NCBI GenBank assembly: GCA_002269645.1 | Contig: NIVC01002866.1 | Span: forward strand, 70,123 to 134,122 | Source: Macrostomum lignano | Taxonomy: Eukaryota | Length of the DNA stretch: 64,000 bases | Direction: 5' to 3' | Part shown: positions 31,733 through 45,100 of the stretch, piece by piece | Numbering within the stretch: the first letter of the stretch is position 1 | Layout: every line of letters begins with the position of its first letter | Program-made: the position numbers and the translations under genes | The notes under the pieces: model-generated | Database searches by the model: none | Seen by the model: only the letters and a program-made list of their open reading frames with translations | What the model was told of the DNA's origin: nothing

Positions 31733-32636
31733 AATTATCGAAAAGTATCAGTACAATTATCGATAAGTAACAGTACAATTATCGATAAGTAGCAGTACGA
31801 TTATCGATAAGTAGCAGTACAATTATCGATAAGTAGCAGTACGATTATCGATAAGTAACAGTACAATTATCGATAAGTAGCAGTACGAATATCGATAAGT
31901 AACAGTACAATTATCGATAAGTAGCAGTACGAATATCGATAAGTAACAGTACAATTATCGATAAGTAGCATTACGAATATCGATAAGTAACAGTACAATT
32001 ATCGATAAGTAGCAGTACGATTATCGATAAGTAACAGTACAATTATCGATAAGTAGCAGTACGAATATCGATAAGTAACAGTACAATTATCGATAAGTAG
32101 CAGTACGATTATCGATAAGTAACAGTACAATTATCGATAAGTAGCAGTACGAATATCGATAAGTAACAGTACAATTATCGATAAGTAGCAGTACGATTAT
32201 CGATAAGTAACAGTACAATTATCGATAAGTAGCAGTACGAATATCGATAAGTAACAGTACAATTATCGATAAGTAGCAGTACGATTATCGATAAGTAACA
32301 GTACAATTATCGATAAGTAGCAGTACGAATATCGATAAGTAACAGTACAATTATCGATAAGTAGCAGTACGATTATCGATAAGTAACAGTACAATTATCG
32401 ATAAGTAGCAGTACGAATATCGATAAGTAGCAGTACGAATATCGATAAGTAGCAGTACGATTATCGATAAGTAGCAGTACGATTATCGATAAGTAGCAGT
32501 ACGATTATCGATAAGTAGCAGTACGATTATCGATAAGTAGCAGTACGATTATCGATAAGTAGCAGTACGATTATCGATAAGTAGCAGTACGATTATCGAT
32601 AAGTAGCAGTACGATTATCGATAAGTAGCAGTACAA
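31733..32636. repeat. 22-bp minisatellite attatcgataagtagcagtacg, ~40 copies
   Basis: Direct inspection; each unit has the TATCGATA palindrome. Confidence 0.97.
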
Positions 32637-32882
32637 TCAGGCTGCAATAAAATGTGTTTGCATTAGAAAGAACAGATACAATAAATGGCACATGCTGATG
32701 CAATAATTTAAGCAGGCCCAGCGCCATCAATAAAGTTTTCCAGAGAGAGCGCAGAGTGCAGACCCTGCATAAACATGGACGTGGCAAAAACAGGTTGAAA
32801 GAGAATAATAATTCTGTATTCGCATAGCAATCCTCTGCACCAAATCCTTGTTGCCATGCGGAACTAGGCAGTCCCTGGTCTG

Positions 32883-35800
32883 TCACGCCCTGTCGCCATT
32901 GTTTTCGTTGACGGCGGCGGCGGAGACGCAGCAGGCGTCGCACAGCCGGACTGGACTGTCGAATCCGAGGACGGGCAGGGCTCGCCGAGCCCTGGTGCAG
33001 GCCGAGCAGAACAGGCCGCCGCAGGCCCGGCAGTGGTGCCGCCGCCTGGTGATGGTGAAGGCCTGGCCGCAGCGCCGGTTGGTGCACACGTCAGAGGCGG
33101 AGTCCGGCACCCAGGCTGGAGGCTCGACGGCCGACGCCTCGGCTCCGGTGGCAGCCGCGGTCGCCATCGAAGTTAAAGCCGATTGCACCGAGTCCGTCAC
33201 CTGCCAGTCGAAAGCGTCCAAGCCTTCCTCGACGGCTAGGGTGGCGGTGGAGGCGGCTGCCGAAGCGGCGGCCTCGTCAACAGCCTCGCTGCAGTGCAGG
33301 TTGTACACGCAGCGGAGCAGGTAGCGCAGCTCCCAGGCGTAGTTGCTCTGGATCTGGTCCGCCACGCCTGCGATCACCTGAGGGCGGGGTGGGCGGTTGG
33401 TTGCCCTTCTGTGTCTGTTGGTTGCCATGCTGTGTCTGTTGGTTGCCCTTCTGTTTCTGTTGGTTGCCCTGCTGTGTCTGTTGGTTGCCCTGCTGTGTCT
33501 GTTGGTTGCCCTTCTGTTTCTGTTGGTTGCCCTGCTGTGTCTGTTATATTTTATCGGGTTTCAAGGTTAACGGGGGATTTTTTAGATTACAAGGTTTATG
33601 GAGGCCATCGCTGACATGTCAAGGCTTACGGGGGGAATAGCTGAGATGTCAAGGCTCACGGGGGTATAAATGAGATTTCAAGGCTAAAGTCAGAAGCTGC
33701 ATGTAGTTTATTGAAAACTTTTTATTACATTTTTGATGCCTCCTCAGGGGAGGGATCGCTGATAAAAAAGCGTAATGTAAAAAATAAAAGAAGCTTCATG
33801 TCGAAGTTAAGAGATTCATTTGGGAATCCCTACAATTTCGAGGCTTGCAGGGAATCGCTATAATGCTGTAGTAGTGCTTTAATGACTCTTAGAGAGAATT
33901 ACTGAAATGTCAATGCTTTAGGGTTAGATTAGGGTTAGGGTTAGGGTTAGGGTAGGCTAAGGTTAGGGTTAGAAGGTTGACAGATATTTTTAGATTTCCA
34001 AGGCTTATTGGGGGCATTGCTGAGATGTCAAAGGGGGAAGTTGATATCTTAAAGCTTGTGGGGGGAATTACTGACATGTCAAGGCTTACAAGGTTTGACA
34101 GGAGATTTTTTAAGATTTCAAGGATACATGTAGCTTATTAAAAAAACGTGTATTGCATTTCTTTGGCTCCCCAACGGGGGGCGTAGATTGCTAGTCTGTT
34201 TCTGTTGGTTGCTCTGCTGTGTCTGTTGGGTGCACTGCTGTGTCTGTTGGGTGCACTTCTGTGTCTATTGGGTGCACTGCTGTGTCTGTTGGGTGCACTG
34301 CTGCGTCTGTTGGTTGCCCTGCTGTGTCTGTTGGTTGCCCTGCTGTGTCTGTTGATTGCCCTTCTGTGTCTGTTGGTTGGTCTGCTGTGTCTGTTGGTTG
34401 CCCTTCTGTGTCTGTTGGTTGCCCTGCTGTGTCTGTTGGTTGCCCTGCTGTGTCTGTTGGTTGACCTGCTGTGTCTGTTGGTTGCCCTGCTGTGTCTGTT
34501 GGTTGCCCTGCTGTGTCTGTTGGGTGCACTGCTGTGTCTGTTGGTTGCCCTGCTGTGTCTGTTGATTGACCTGCTGTGTCTGTTGGTTGCCCTGCTGTGT
34601 CTGTTGGTTGCCCTGCTGTGTCTGTTGGTTGCCCTGCTGTGTCTGTTGGTTGCCCTGCTGTGTCTGTTGGTTGCCCTGCTGTGTCTGTTGGTTGACCTGC
34701 TGTGTCTGTTGGTTGACCTGCTGTGTCTGTTGACCTATCCAGACAACCCCAAAACCTACCCAGACCACCCCAAAAGCCTACCCAGACCACCCCAAGAATA
34801 CCTTGAACAGCCCGGCAACCCGGTCGGCATCCGCGTCAACATCCGCTTCAGCGTCCGTGGCGTCGCCCGACTCGGTCAGGCAGAGCCGCCGCACCAGCCT
34901 GTCCCTGTCGGACTGCTTCAGCTTTCCTAGAAACGACCTGACGCGGTCCAGATGGCTGTGAAAAGCCCGGAACAGCGGGCAGAGCTTGTTAGCTGGCCGA
35001 TCCTTGGTGCTCAGAGGTCCATCGGGATGCACTAGCAGGCCGTGCAGCACAGCCAGCCTGGGCAGCACTATCATCAAGGTGGGCTCGCACTCGTCAATGT
35101 CATCGCGGCGGATGTGCCCGCCAGCCAGGGCCCAGGCCGCAGTCTCGGAGAACAGCACGGCCACCTCCTGCAGCTGGTCCATCTCCGTCATGGTTTTAAC
35201 TGGCACCATGGCGCTGACGTAGCTCAACTCGAACTCGGCCAGAATGCGATCGAACAGGGCCAGCTGGTCCAGCAACCGGCGATTCGCCCGGGGCTCCGCA
35301 CCGAAGTAACTGCGGCTGGCCTCGTCACGGAGCAGGCGGCGGGTCTTCTCGCCTTCGCGGGTCACCTGGGGACACAGCGGGGGAGAGGGAGGGTCACCTG
35401 GAGACACAGCGGGGGAGAGGGAGGGTCACCTGGGGACACAGAGGGTGAGAATGAGGGTCACCTGGGGACACAGAGGGGGAGAGGGAGGGTCACCTGGGGA
35501 CAACGGAGGAGAGGGAGGGTCACCTGGGGACACAACAGAGGAGAGGGAGGGTCACCTTGGGAGGGTCATCTGGGGACACAGCGGGGGAGAGGCTTGGGGT
35601 ATAGCAGACAAGCTGGAGTATAGCAGACAGGCTGGGGTATAGCAGACAGGGCTGGGGTATAGCAGACAGGCTGGGGTATAGCAGACAGGGCTGGGGTATA
35701 GCAGACAGGCTGGGGTATAGCAGACAGGGCTGGGGTATAGCAGACAGGCTGGGGTATAGCAGACAGGCTGGGGTATAGCAGACAGGCTGGGGTATAGCAG

Positions 35801-36300
35801 ACAGGCTGGGGTATAGCAGACAGGCTGGGGTATAGCAGACAGGCTGGGGTATAGCAGACAGGGCTGGGGTATAGCAGACAGGGAAAGCACAGCAGCCCAG
35901 GCCTCACCTGAATGGCCAGCGGCCGGATGCTCTCAGCCTCCACCTCCCTGTACAGAATGGAGGATCCAGCAGCCAGGCACTCGGACGCGTACCAGAGCTG
36001 ACCTTCCAGACCCTCCTGAACCACTTCGTCTGGGAATTTCATACGGAAATCTTTCGGATGCCTTCGATCGGGTATGAGCTCGTTCATTAATTCTAGCATG
36101 AGCTTCATGACTCGCTGCTGGCATTCTTTGAGTTCGCCGATTAACTCGGACACCCGGTCCTGCTGCTTGTCCGCGTCTAACCGCTTGATCTGCTGGGCCA
36201 CCCGGACCAGCTCTTGGTCTGCGGCGTAATACCGGGATAGCAGCTCGCTGCCCGACTTCCGGTGAGGCAGGAATAACTTTCGGCCTAAGGACTGCAGCAT
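32883..36300 (-). CDS. ZFYVE28: Lateral signaling target protein 2 homolog (FYVE-domain protein), ~483 aa
   Basis: Exons 36300-35908, 35365-34802 and 33377-32883, all phase 0. LST2 motifs: DFRMKFPDEV, QLWYASECLAAGSSI, FDRILAEFELSYVSAMVPVKT, VADQIQSNYAWELR. C-terminal FYVE: WVPD...RRRHHCRACG...PVRLCDAC. Confidence 0.93.
33400..34735. repeat. 21-bp repeat tgtgtctgttggttgccctgc in two blocks (33400-33545, 34193-34735) in lst-2 intron 2
   Basis: Direct inspection. Confidence 0.92.
33918..33972 (+). repeat. Interstitial telomere-like (TTAGGG)n tract
   Basis: ttagggttagattagggttagggttagggttagggtaggctaaggttagggttag. Confidence 0.8.
35358..35880. repeat. lst-2 intron 1: ~32-bp splice-acceptor repeat (35358-35590), then a 20/21-bp repeat ggctggggtatagcagacag
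   Basis: Direct inspection. Confidence 0.92.
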
Positions 36301-36339
36301 GGCTGGCCGCGATGCTGCATGCAAAGGGCATAGGTACGG

Positions 36340-37440
36340 AGTGAGGTAGCTAATGGAACAGAGTGAACAAAGCTAATGGAACAAAGGGAACAGAATGAGG
36401 TAGCAAAGGGAACAGAATGAGGTAGCTAAGGGAAGGGAATGTTGAGGTAGCTAAGGGAACAGAATGAGGTAGCTAAGGGAAGGGAATGTTGAGGTAGCTA
36501 AGGGAACAGAGTGAGGTAGCTAAGGGAACAGAGTGAGGTAGCTAAGGGAAGGGAATTTTGAGGTAGCTAAGGGAACAGAGTGAGGTAGCTAAGGGAAGGG
36601 AATGTTGAGGTAGCTAAGGGAACAGAATGAGGTAGCTAAGGGAACAGAATGAGGTAGCTAAGGGAAGGGAATGTTGAGGTAGCTAAGGGAACAGAGTGAG
36701 GTAGCTAAGGGAAGGGAATTTTGAGGTAGCTAAGGGAACATAGTGAGGTAGCTAAGGGAAGGGAATGTTGAGGTAGCTAAGGGAACAGAGTGAGGTAGCT
36801 AAGGGAAGGGAATGTTGAGGTAGCTAAGGGAACAGAATGAGGTAGCTAAGGGAACAGAATGAGGTAGCTAAGGGAAGGGAATGTTGAGGTAGCTAAGGGA
36901 ACAGAGTGAGGTAGCTAAGGGAACAGAGTGAGGTAGCTAAGGGAAGGGAATTTTGAGGTAGCTAAGGGAACAGAGTGAGGTAGCTAAGGGAACAGAGTGA
37001 GGTAGCTAAGGGAAGGGAATGTTGAGGTAGCTAAGGGAACAGAATGAGGTAGCTAAGGGAACAGAATGAGGTAGCTAAGGGAAGGGAATGTTGAGGTAGC
37101 TAAGGGAACAGAATGAGGTAGCTAAGGGAGCAGAGTGAGGTAGCTAAGGGAATAGAATGAGGTAGCTAAGGGAACAGAGTGAGGTAGCTAAGGGAAGGGA
37201 ATGTTGAGGTAGCTAAGGGAACAGAATGAGGTAGCTAAGGGAACAGAATGAGGTAGCTAAGGGAGCAGAATGAGGTAGCTAATGGAGCAGAGTGAGGTAG
37301 CTAAGGGAGCAGAGTGAGGTAGCTAAGGGAATAGAATGAGGTAGCTAAGGGAGCAGAGTTGAGGTAGCGAAGGGAACAGAATGAGGTAGCTAAGGGAGCA
37401 GAATGAGGTAGCTAAGGGAGCAGAATGAGGTAGCTGAGAG
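36340..37440. repeat. 22-24-bp purine-rich minisatellite gaggtagctaagggaacagaat
   Basis: Direct inspection; starts ~40 bp upstream of the lst-2 ATG. Confidence 0.95.
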
Positions 37441-38179
37441 AACAGAATTAGGTAACTATATAAGGGAGCTTTCGTTCCCTGCACAACAGAACCCTATAAA
37501 GAATAAAAAAATTCTATACGAAAAAATGCATCAGTGGCTACTACTTGTTGAAGAATTCACTCCAACAGTAGTAAGGTTCAAACGGAAGAATATTTCTAAC
37601 ACTAAGGCTAAGCAAGATATGTTTTGAAAAAACAAGGCATACAGACGGACAGAAGGCTATAAGACTTCAAGCAGCATTATCGCTTCATTTCCAACCAAAT
37701 GTACAGCCACAATGCACACACGGGGCCTCAGTCAGTGAGGCACGTCAGGCATTGTACGTAGCACGAGTTTCTGCCTGCCCAATCGAAAACACACACACAC
37801 AAAGCAACAAAGCCTGTTTAGGGAGACAGGAAAGACACGAATCTAATTTAGTCAAAGCAAAATAGATTTATTTATATAGTGTAGAAGACAGCGCATCCTT
37901 GCTTAGTGGCTAAGAGCTATAAAAAAGAAAGAAGACTCAGTCCAAATTAATTATACAAACTATAATGTTCTGTAACAAATAACACATTGTTTATTTCGTC
38001 AAGAATGCAGATAACAGCCGCACACATAATACAAATAGCTGCAGAAGTGTCAAATAAATCCTCATCTGACCGAGATTGGTTTTCTTCGGTTAGGAAACTG
38101 TCAAGACAATAAATATAATTTATAAAAAACTGCATATGTCTACTGGAATACAAATTCAATGGGAGGGTTTGGGGCACAC

Positions 38180-40146
38180 AGCCCAGTCTGGGGATCTGGG
38201 AGAGTGGCTGGTAGCACAGTCTGGGGATCTGGGAGAGTGGCTGGTAGCACAGTCTGGGGATCTGGGAGAGTGGCTGGTAGCCCAGTCTGGGGATCTGGGA
38301 GAGTGGCTGGTGGCCCAGTCTGGGGATCTGGGAGAGTGGCTGGTAGCACAGTCTGGGGATCTGGGAGAGTGGCTGGTAGCACAGTCTGGGGATCTGGGAG
38401 AGTGGCTGGTAGCACAGTCTGGGGATCTGGGAGAGTGGCTGGTAGCACAGTCTGGGGATCTGGGAGAGTGGCTGGTAGCACAGTCTGGGGATCTGGGAGA
38501 GTGGCTGGTAGCACAGTCTGGGGATCTGGGAGAGTGGCTGGTAGCCCAGTCTGGGGATCTGGGAGAGTGGCTGGTAGCCCAGTCTGGGGATCTGGGAGAG
38601 TGGCCCAGTCTGGGGATCTGGGAGAGTAGCCCAGTCTGGGGATCTGGGAGAGTAGCCCAGTCTGGGGGTCTGGGAGAGTGGCTGGTAGCCTAGTCTGGGG
38701 ATCTGGGAGAGTGGCTGGTAGCCCAGTCTGGGGATCTGGGAGAGTGGCTGGTAGCACAGTCTGGGGATCTGGGAGAGTGGCTGGTAGCACAGTCTGGGGA
38801 TCTGGGAGAGTGGCTGGTAGCACAGTCTGGGGATCTGGGAGAGTGGCTGGTAGCACAGTCTGGGGATCTGGGAGAGTGGCTGGTAGCACAGTCTGGGGAT
38901 CTGGGAGAGTGGCTGGTAGCCCAGTCTGGGGATCTGGGAGAGTGGCTGGTAGCCCAGTCTGGGGATCTGGGAGAGTGGCCCAGTCTGGGGATCTGGGAGA
39001 GTAGCCCAGTCTGGGGATCTGGGAGAGTAGCCCAGTCTGGGGGTCTGGGAGAGTGGCTGGTAGCCTAGTCTGGGGATCTGGGAGAGTGGCTGGTAGCCCA
39101 GTCTGGGGATCTGGGAGAGTGGCTGGTAGCCCAGTCTGGGGATCTGGGAGAGTGGCTAGTAGCCCAGTCTGGGGATCTGGGAGAGTAGCCCTAGCCCAGT
39201 CTGGGGATCTGGGAGAGTGGCTGGTAGCCCAGTCTGGGGATCTGGGAGAGTGGCTAGTAGCCCAGTCTGGGGATCTGGGAGAGTAGCCCAGTCTGGGGAT
39301 CTGGGAGAGTAGCCCAGTCTGGGGATCTGGGAGAGTGGCTGGTAGCCCAGTCTGGGGATCTGGGAGAGTGGCTGGTGGCCCAGTCTGGGGATCTGGGAGA
39401 GTGGCTGGTAGCCCAGTCTGGGGATCTGGGAGAGTGGCTGGTAGCCCAGTCTGGGGATCTGGGAGAGTGGCTGGTAGCCCAGTCTGGGGATCTGGGAGAG
39501 TGGCTGGTGGCCCAGTCTGGGGATCTGGGAGAGTGGCTGGTAGCCCAGTCTGGGGATCTGGGAGAGTGGCTGGTAGCCCAGTCTGGGGATCTGGGAGAGT
39601 GGCTGGTAGCCCAGTCTGGGGATCTGGGAGAGTGGCTGGTAGCACAGTCTGGGGATCTGGGAGAGTGGCTGGTAGCACAGTCTGGGGATCTGGGAGAGTA
39701 GCTGGTAGCCCAGTCTGGGGATCTGGGAGAGTGGCTGGTAGCCCAGTCTGGGGATCTGGGAGAGTGGCTGGTAGCCCAGTCTGGGGATCTGGGAGAGTAG
39801 CCCAGTCTGGGGATCTGGGAGAGTAGCCCAGTCTGGGGATCTGGGAGAGTGGCTGGTAGCCCAGTCTGGGGATCTGGGAGAGTGGCTGGTAGCCCAGTCT
39901 GGGGATCTGGGAGAGTGGCTGGTAGCCCAGTCTGGGGATCTGGGAGAGTGGCTGGTGGCCCAGTCTGGGGATCTGGGAGAGTGGCTGGTAGCCCAGTCTG
40001 GGGATCTGGGAGAGTGGCTGGTAGCCCAGTCTGGGGATCTGGGAGAGTGGCTGGTAGCCCAGTCTGGGGATCTGGGAGAGTGGCTGGTAGCACAGTCTGG
40101 GGATCTGGAGAGTGGCTGGTAGCCCAGTCTGGGGATCTGGGAGAGT
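38180..40146. repeat. 33-bp G-rich minisatellite cccagtctggggatctgggagagtggctggtag
   Basis: Direct inspection; gives the 11-aa-period ORFs. Confidence 0.97.
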
Positions 40147-40499
40147 GGCAATTCGAAAAATGGCAAATAACAGAAAGCAGCAGCTCACAGCTATTAGTAA
40201 AAAGTTCAGGGGAAGCATTTGATGGCGCATTAAATTGGAATGGCAAACGATTTTGGCGCAGAAAAAACCATGGAATATACATATGGGTTACGCGTTGCTA
40301 TGAAGACAACAAATTATGTAAAAAATCGTCAATAACGATTGAAATAATTACTTACAGCGATATTACTTAAAACTATTACATACTCGTAGCAAATTTTTTT
40401 CGGTAAACGAATGATATAATTAAATGGAAGATGTAATGCTGCTTTAGCATGGCTGCTAGAAAGTCACAAAACAAAAATGAATTCCACCTAGTCGATATC

Positions 40500-40705
40500 G
40501 ACACTCAGTCACCACCGACTCTGCACTCAGTCACCACCGACTCTGCACTCAGTCACCACCGACTCTGCACTCAGTCACCACCGACTCTGCACTCAGTCAC
40601 CACCGACTCTGCACTCAGTCACCAACGACTCTGCACTCAGTCACCAACGACTCTGCACTCAGTCACCACCGACTCTGCACTCAGTTACTATCGACTCTGC
40701 ACTCA
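40500..40705. repeat. 22-bp repeat actctgcactcagtcaccaccg
   Basis: Direct inspection. Confidence 0.9.
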
Positions 40706-40730
40706 GTCAGCTCCAGCGGCCTCAGCTCCA

Positions 40731-41148
40731 TCAGCATGACTCAGCAACCGCCTCCGTGTATTTCAAATTGTCCAGCCGTTTCAAGACACTGTGCCAGACG
40801 CGCCAAGCGCCATTTCGACGCCCGGCGCCGCCAAAGCAGAAGATGCTCTGTTGAGCGGCCCGTGGCAGCCAGGCCAACAGCTGGGCGGAGCTGGCCGCCT
40901 CCAGACACCACAGCACCATCAGGCTGCGCTGCTGCGGCACTTCAGCAATACTGCGAAGCACAGAGCAGATGAACTGATCGCCTGCGGCCAGACTCTGCTG
41001 CATCGCGGAGTCCACGAATACCATGACGGCTCCCAGGGATTGCTGCGGCAGGGAAAGGGGATGACTGGGTGGGTAGATTAGCTGTAAAATAGATAGATAT
41101 AGATAAATAGTCAGACAGACAGACAGACAGACAGGCAGGCACACAGTC

Positions 41149-41203
<55 letters not shown>

Positions 41204-41225
41204 AAGACAGAAAGACAGACATTCT

Positions 41226-41265
<40 letters not shown>

Positions 41266-41274
41266 GGCACAGTC

Positions 41275-41319
<45 letters not shown>

Positions 41320-41398
41320 TACAGACAGGCAGGCACACAGTCAGATAGACAGTCAGACAGACAGACAGACAGGCAGGCAGGCAGGCAGACAGACACTA

Positions 41399-41429
<31 letters not shown>

Positions 41430-41430
41430 A

Positions 41431-41462
<32 letters not shown>

Positions 41463-41474
41463 TCTCTGTCAAAA

Positions 41475-41511
<37 letters not shown>

Positions 41512-41630
41512 CTAAGACAGACAGACAGACATACAGACAGGCAGGCACACAGTCAGACAGACAGACAGACAGACAGACAGACATACAGACAGGCAGGCAC
41601 ACAGTCAGATAGACAGACAGACAGACAGAC

Positions 41631-41671
<41 letters not shown>

Positions 41672-41680
41672 GGCACAGTC

Positions 41681-41725
<45 letters not shown>

Positions 41726-41804
41726 TACAGACAGGCAGGCACACAGTCAGATAGACAGTCAGACAGACAGACAGACAGGCAGGCAGGCAGGCAGACAGAC
41801 ACTA

Positions 41805-41835
<31 letters not shown>

Positions 41836-41836
41836 A

Positions 41837-41868
<32 letters not shown>

Positions 41869-41880
41869 TCTCTGTCAAAA

Positions 41881-41921
<41 letters not shown>

Positions 41922-42040
41922 CTAAGACAGACAGACAGACATACAGACAGGCAGGCACACAGTCAGACAGACAGACAGACAGACAGACAGACATACAGAC
42001 AGGCAGGCACACAGTCAGATAGACAGACAGACAGACAGAC

Positions 42041-42085
<45 letters not shown>

Positions 42086-42100
42086 GGCAGGCACACAGTC

Positions 42101-42189
<89 letters not shown>

Positions 42190-45100
42190 TAGATCAGAAA
42201 CTAGGCTCACTGCCTCGAGCTGCACCCCGAAGACCCTCAGTACAGCTTCGTCCGTGCCCATCAGTTGTCGATCCTCCGCCCGGACGGCGGCAGCGGCCGG
42301 AGCCACATTGCGGCAGTGCAGCAGCTGCATGGCGGGCGCGCCGGTTAAAGAGTAAAAGAAGCGACATCTATCGGTGGGATTCAATTCCGGCATCGAGTCC
42401 ACGACAAGGACGCAGGCCCTGGGTATCAGGGCTACCTGATCCAATAGGCTTGCTCTCTCAGTGTGCCGGCCGTGACAGAGGAGAGCGGAGGCCGCTTTGC
42501 TCAATCCGCTGCGCACAAACTGTGGTAGATAGGCCATAGACTGCTGCTGCTGCTGCTGCTCCTGATTGTGCTGCACCTGCACCAGAGTGTAGTAAAGCAA
42601 AAAGCCTAGGAAAGTCAAGTCACAGTGCAGGCCTTTGCGAATCAGGATGCCAATTTCCAGCCTTTCAAGTCGGCGCAGAATGTAGCGCAGGATATCCGGT
42701 CGCTGATGGGGTTGGCCAATGGGATTAGGAAGATATTGAGAATGAGATATTTATAAGGCGACACTGTTAATCGAATGGGACAAGTATCGAGTGAAACAGG
42801 TGGGAGAAATCCCAGGTAAAAGATGGCGAATATATGCCAGGTACGAGTAAATCACAGGTGGGGGGAACTCCAGGTAAAACCCAGGTAGGCGATCAATGCC
42901 AGGTAAATCACAGGTGGGGGAAACTCCACGTAAAACACAGGTAGGGGATCAATTCCAGGTAAATAACAGGTGGGATCAATGCCAGGTAAATCACGGGTGA
43001 GTGATATGCCAGGTAAATCACAGGTAGGGATCAATGCCAGGTAAATCACAGGTGTGGGTCAATGCCAGGTAAATCACAGGTGGGGGAAACTCCACGTAAA
43101 ACACAGGTAGGGGATCAATTCCAGGTAAATAACAGGTGGGATCAATGCCAGGTAAATCACGGGTGAGTGATATGCCAGGTAAATCACAGGTAGGGATCAA
43201 TGCCAGGTAAATCACGGGTGGGGATCAATGCCAGATAAATCACAGATGAGGATCAATGCCAGGTAAATCACAGGTGGGATCAATGCCAGGTAAATTACAG
43301 GTGTGGATCAATGCCAGGTAAATCACAGGTAGGAGATCAATGCCAGGTAAATCACAGGTGTGGGTCAATGCCAGGTAAATCACAGGTGGGGATCAATGCC
43401 AGATAAATCACAGGTAGGAGATCAATGCCAGGTAAATCACAGGTGTGGGTCAATGCCAGGTAAATCACAGGTGGGGATCAATGCCAGATAAATCACAGGT
43501 GGGGGATCAATGGCAGGTAAATCACAGGTGGGATCAATGCCAGGTAAATCACAGGTGGGATCAATGCCAGGTAAATCACAGGTGGGGATCAATGCCAGGT
43601 AAATCACAGGTGTGGGTCAATGCCAGGTAAATCACAGGTGGGGATCAATGCCAGATAAATCACAGGTGGGGGATCAATGCCAGGTAAATCACAGGTAGGA
43701 GATCAATGCCAGGTAAATCACAGGTGTGGGTCAATGCCAGGTAAATCACAGGTGGGGATCAATGCCAGGTAAATTACAGGTGTGGATCAATGCCAGGTAA
43801 ATCACAGGTAGGAGATCAATGCCAGGTAAATCACAGGTGTGGGTCAATGCCAGGTAAATCACAGGTGGGGATCAATGCCAGATAAATCACAGGTGGGGGA
43901 TCAATGCCAGGTAAATCACAGGCAGGGGATGAATGCCAGGTAAAACACAGGTAGGAGAATAAATGCCAGGTAAAACAAAAAGAAATAATGGCTAGATGCT
44001 CACATTTTCGCGTTCAGCGTGAGTCAGGAAAGCCGCACTGAACAGCCGGTGGTGGCCATTGAACCGGCTGTCCGCAGCCACAGGATGGTCGCGCCAATGG
44101 TCCAAGTATTTGTCTAGAATAAGCAGCTGAGGAGCGCAGCTGACTGAGTGCCAAAAGCTGGCCAAAGTGCGACACCATTGGCGCTCCTCAAGGCCGAGAC
44201 TTTGGAAGCTGGACCAGCTGTGACGCAGCCGGGAGTAGTTCCGGAAGCTGGAAGCGTAATCTGGGGGCAGCCTTAGCGGCGCCTGGGTGACCAGCTTGTG
44301 AATTGCGGATCGCAGCTCGTCCACGCTGGGAAATCAATTTGATTGAGATTGGCATTAATGGGGTGAGATCAATTTAATAGATGAGACTATTGACAATGGG
44401 GTGAGATTATCAATTTAATAGATGAGACTATTGACAATGGGGTGAGATCAATTTAATAGATGAGACTATTGACAATGGGGTGAGATTATCAATTTAATAG
44501 ATGAGACTATTGACAATGGGGTGAGATTATCAATTTAATAGATGAGACTATTGACAATGGGGTGAGATTATCAATTTAATAGATGAGACTATTGACAATG
44601 GGGTGAGATTATCAATTTAATAGATGAGACTATTGACAATGGGGTGAGATTATCAATTTAATAGATGAGACTATTGACAATGGGGTGAGATTATCAATTT
44701 AATAGATGAGACTATTGACAATGGGGTGAGATTATCAATTTAATAGATGAGACTATTGACAATGGGGTGAGATTATCAATTTAATAGATGAGACTATTGA
44801 CAATGGGGTGAGATTATCAATTTAATAGATGAGACTATTGACAATGGGGTGAGATTATCAATTTAATAGATGAGACTATTGACAATGGGGTGAGATTATC
44901 AATTTAATAGATGAGACTATTGACAATGGGGTGAGATTATCAATTTAATAGATGAGACTATTGACAATGGGGTGAGATCAATTTAATAGATGAGACTTTT
45001 GACAATGGGATGAATGAGATTATCAATCTGATAGATTAAACTATTGAAAATGTGGTGAGATTACTAATCTAATAGATGAGACTATTGACCAAGAGGTGAG

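Noticed and set aside
37449-37470. ggtaactatataaggg resembling the LSU rRNA H69/I-CeuI site
   Set aside because: Only ~10 nt match and the flanks do not align.
38140-40230. 696-aa Pro-rich mucin/extensin-like ORF
   Set aside because: Open in several frames on both strands of a 33-bp satellite, with no unique domain or splice context.
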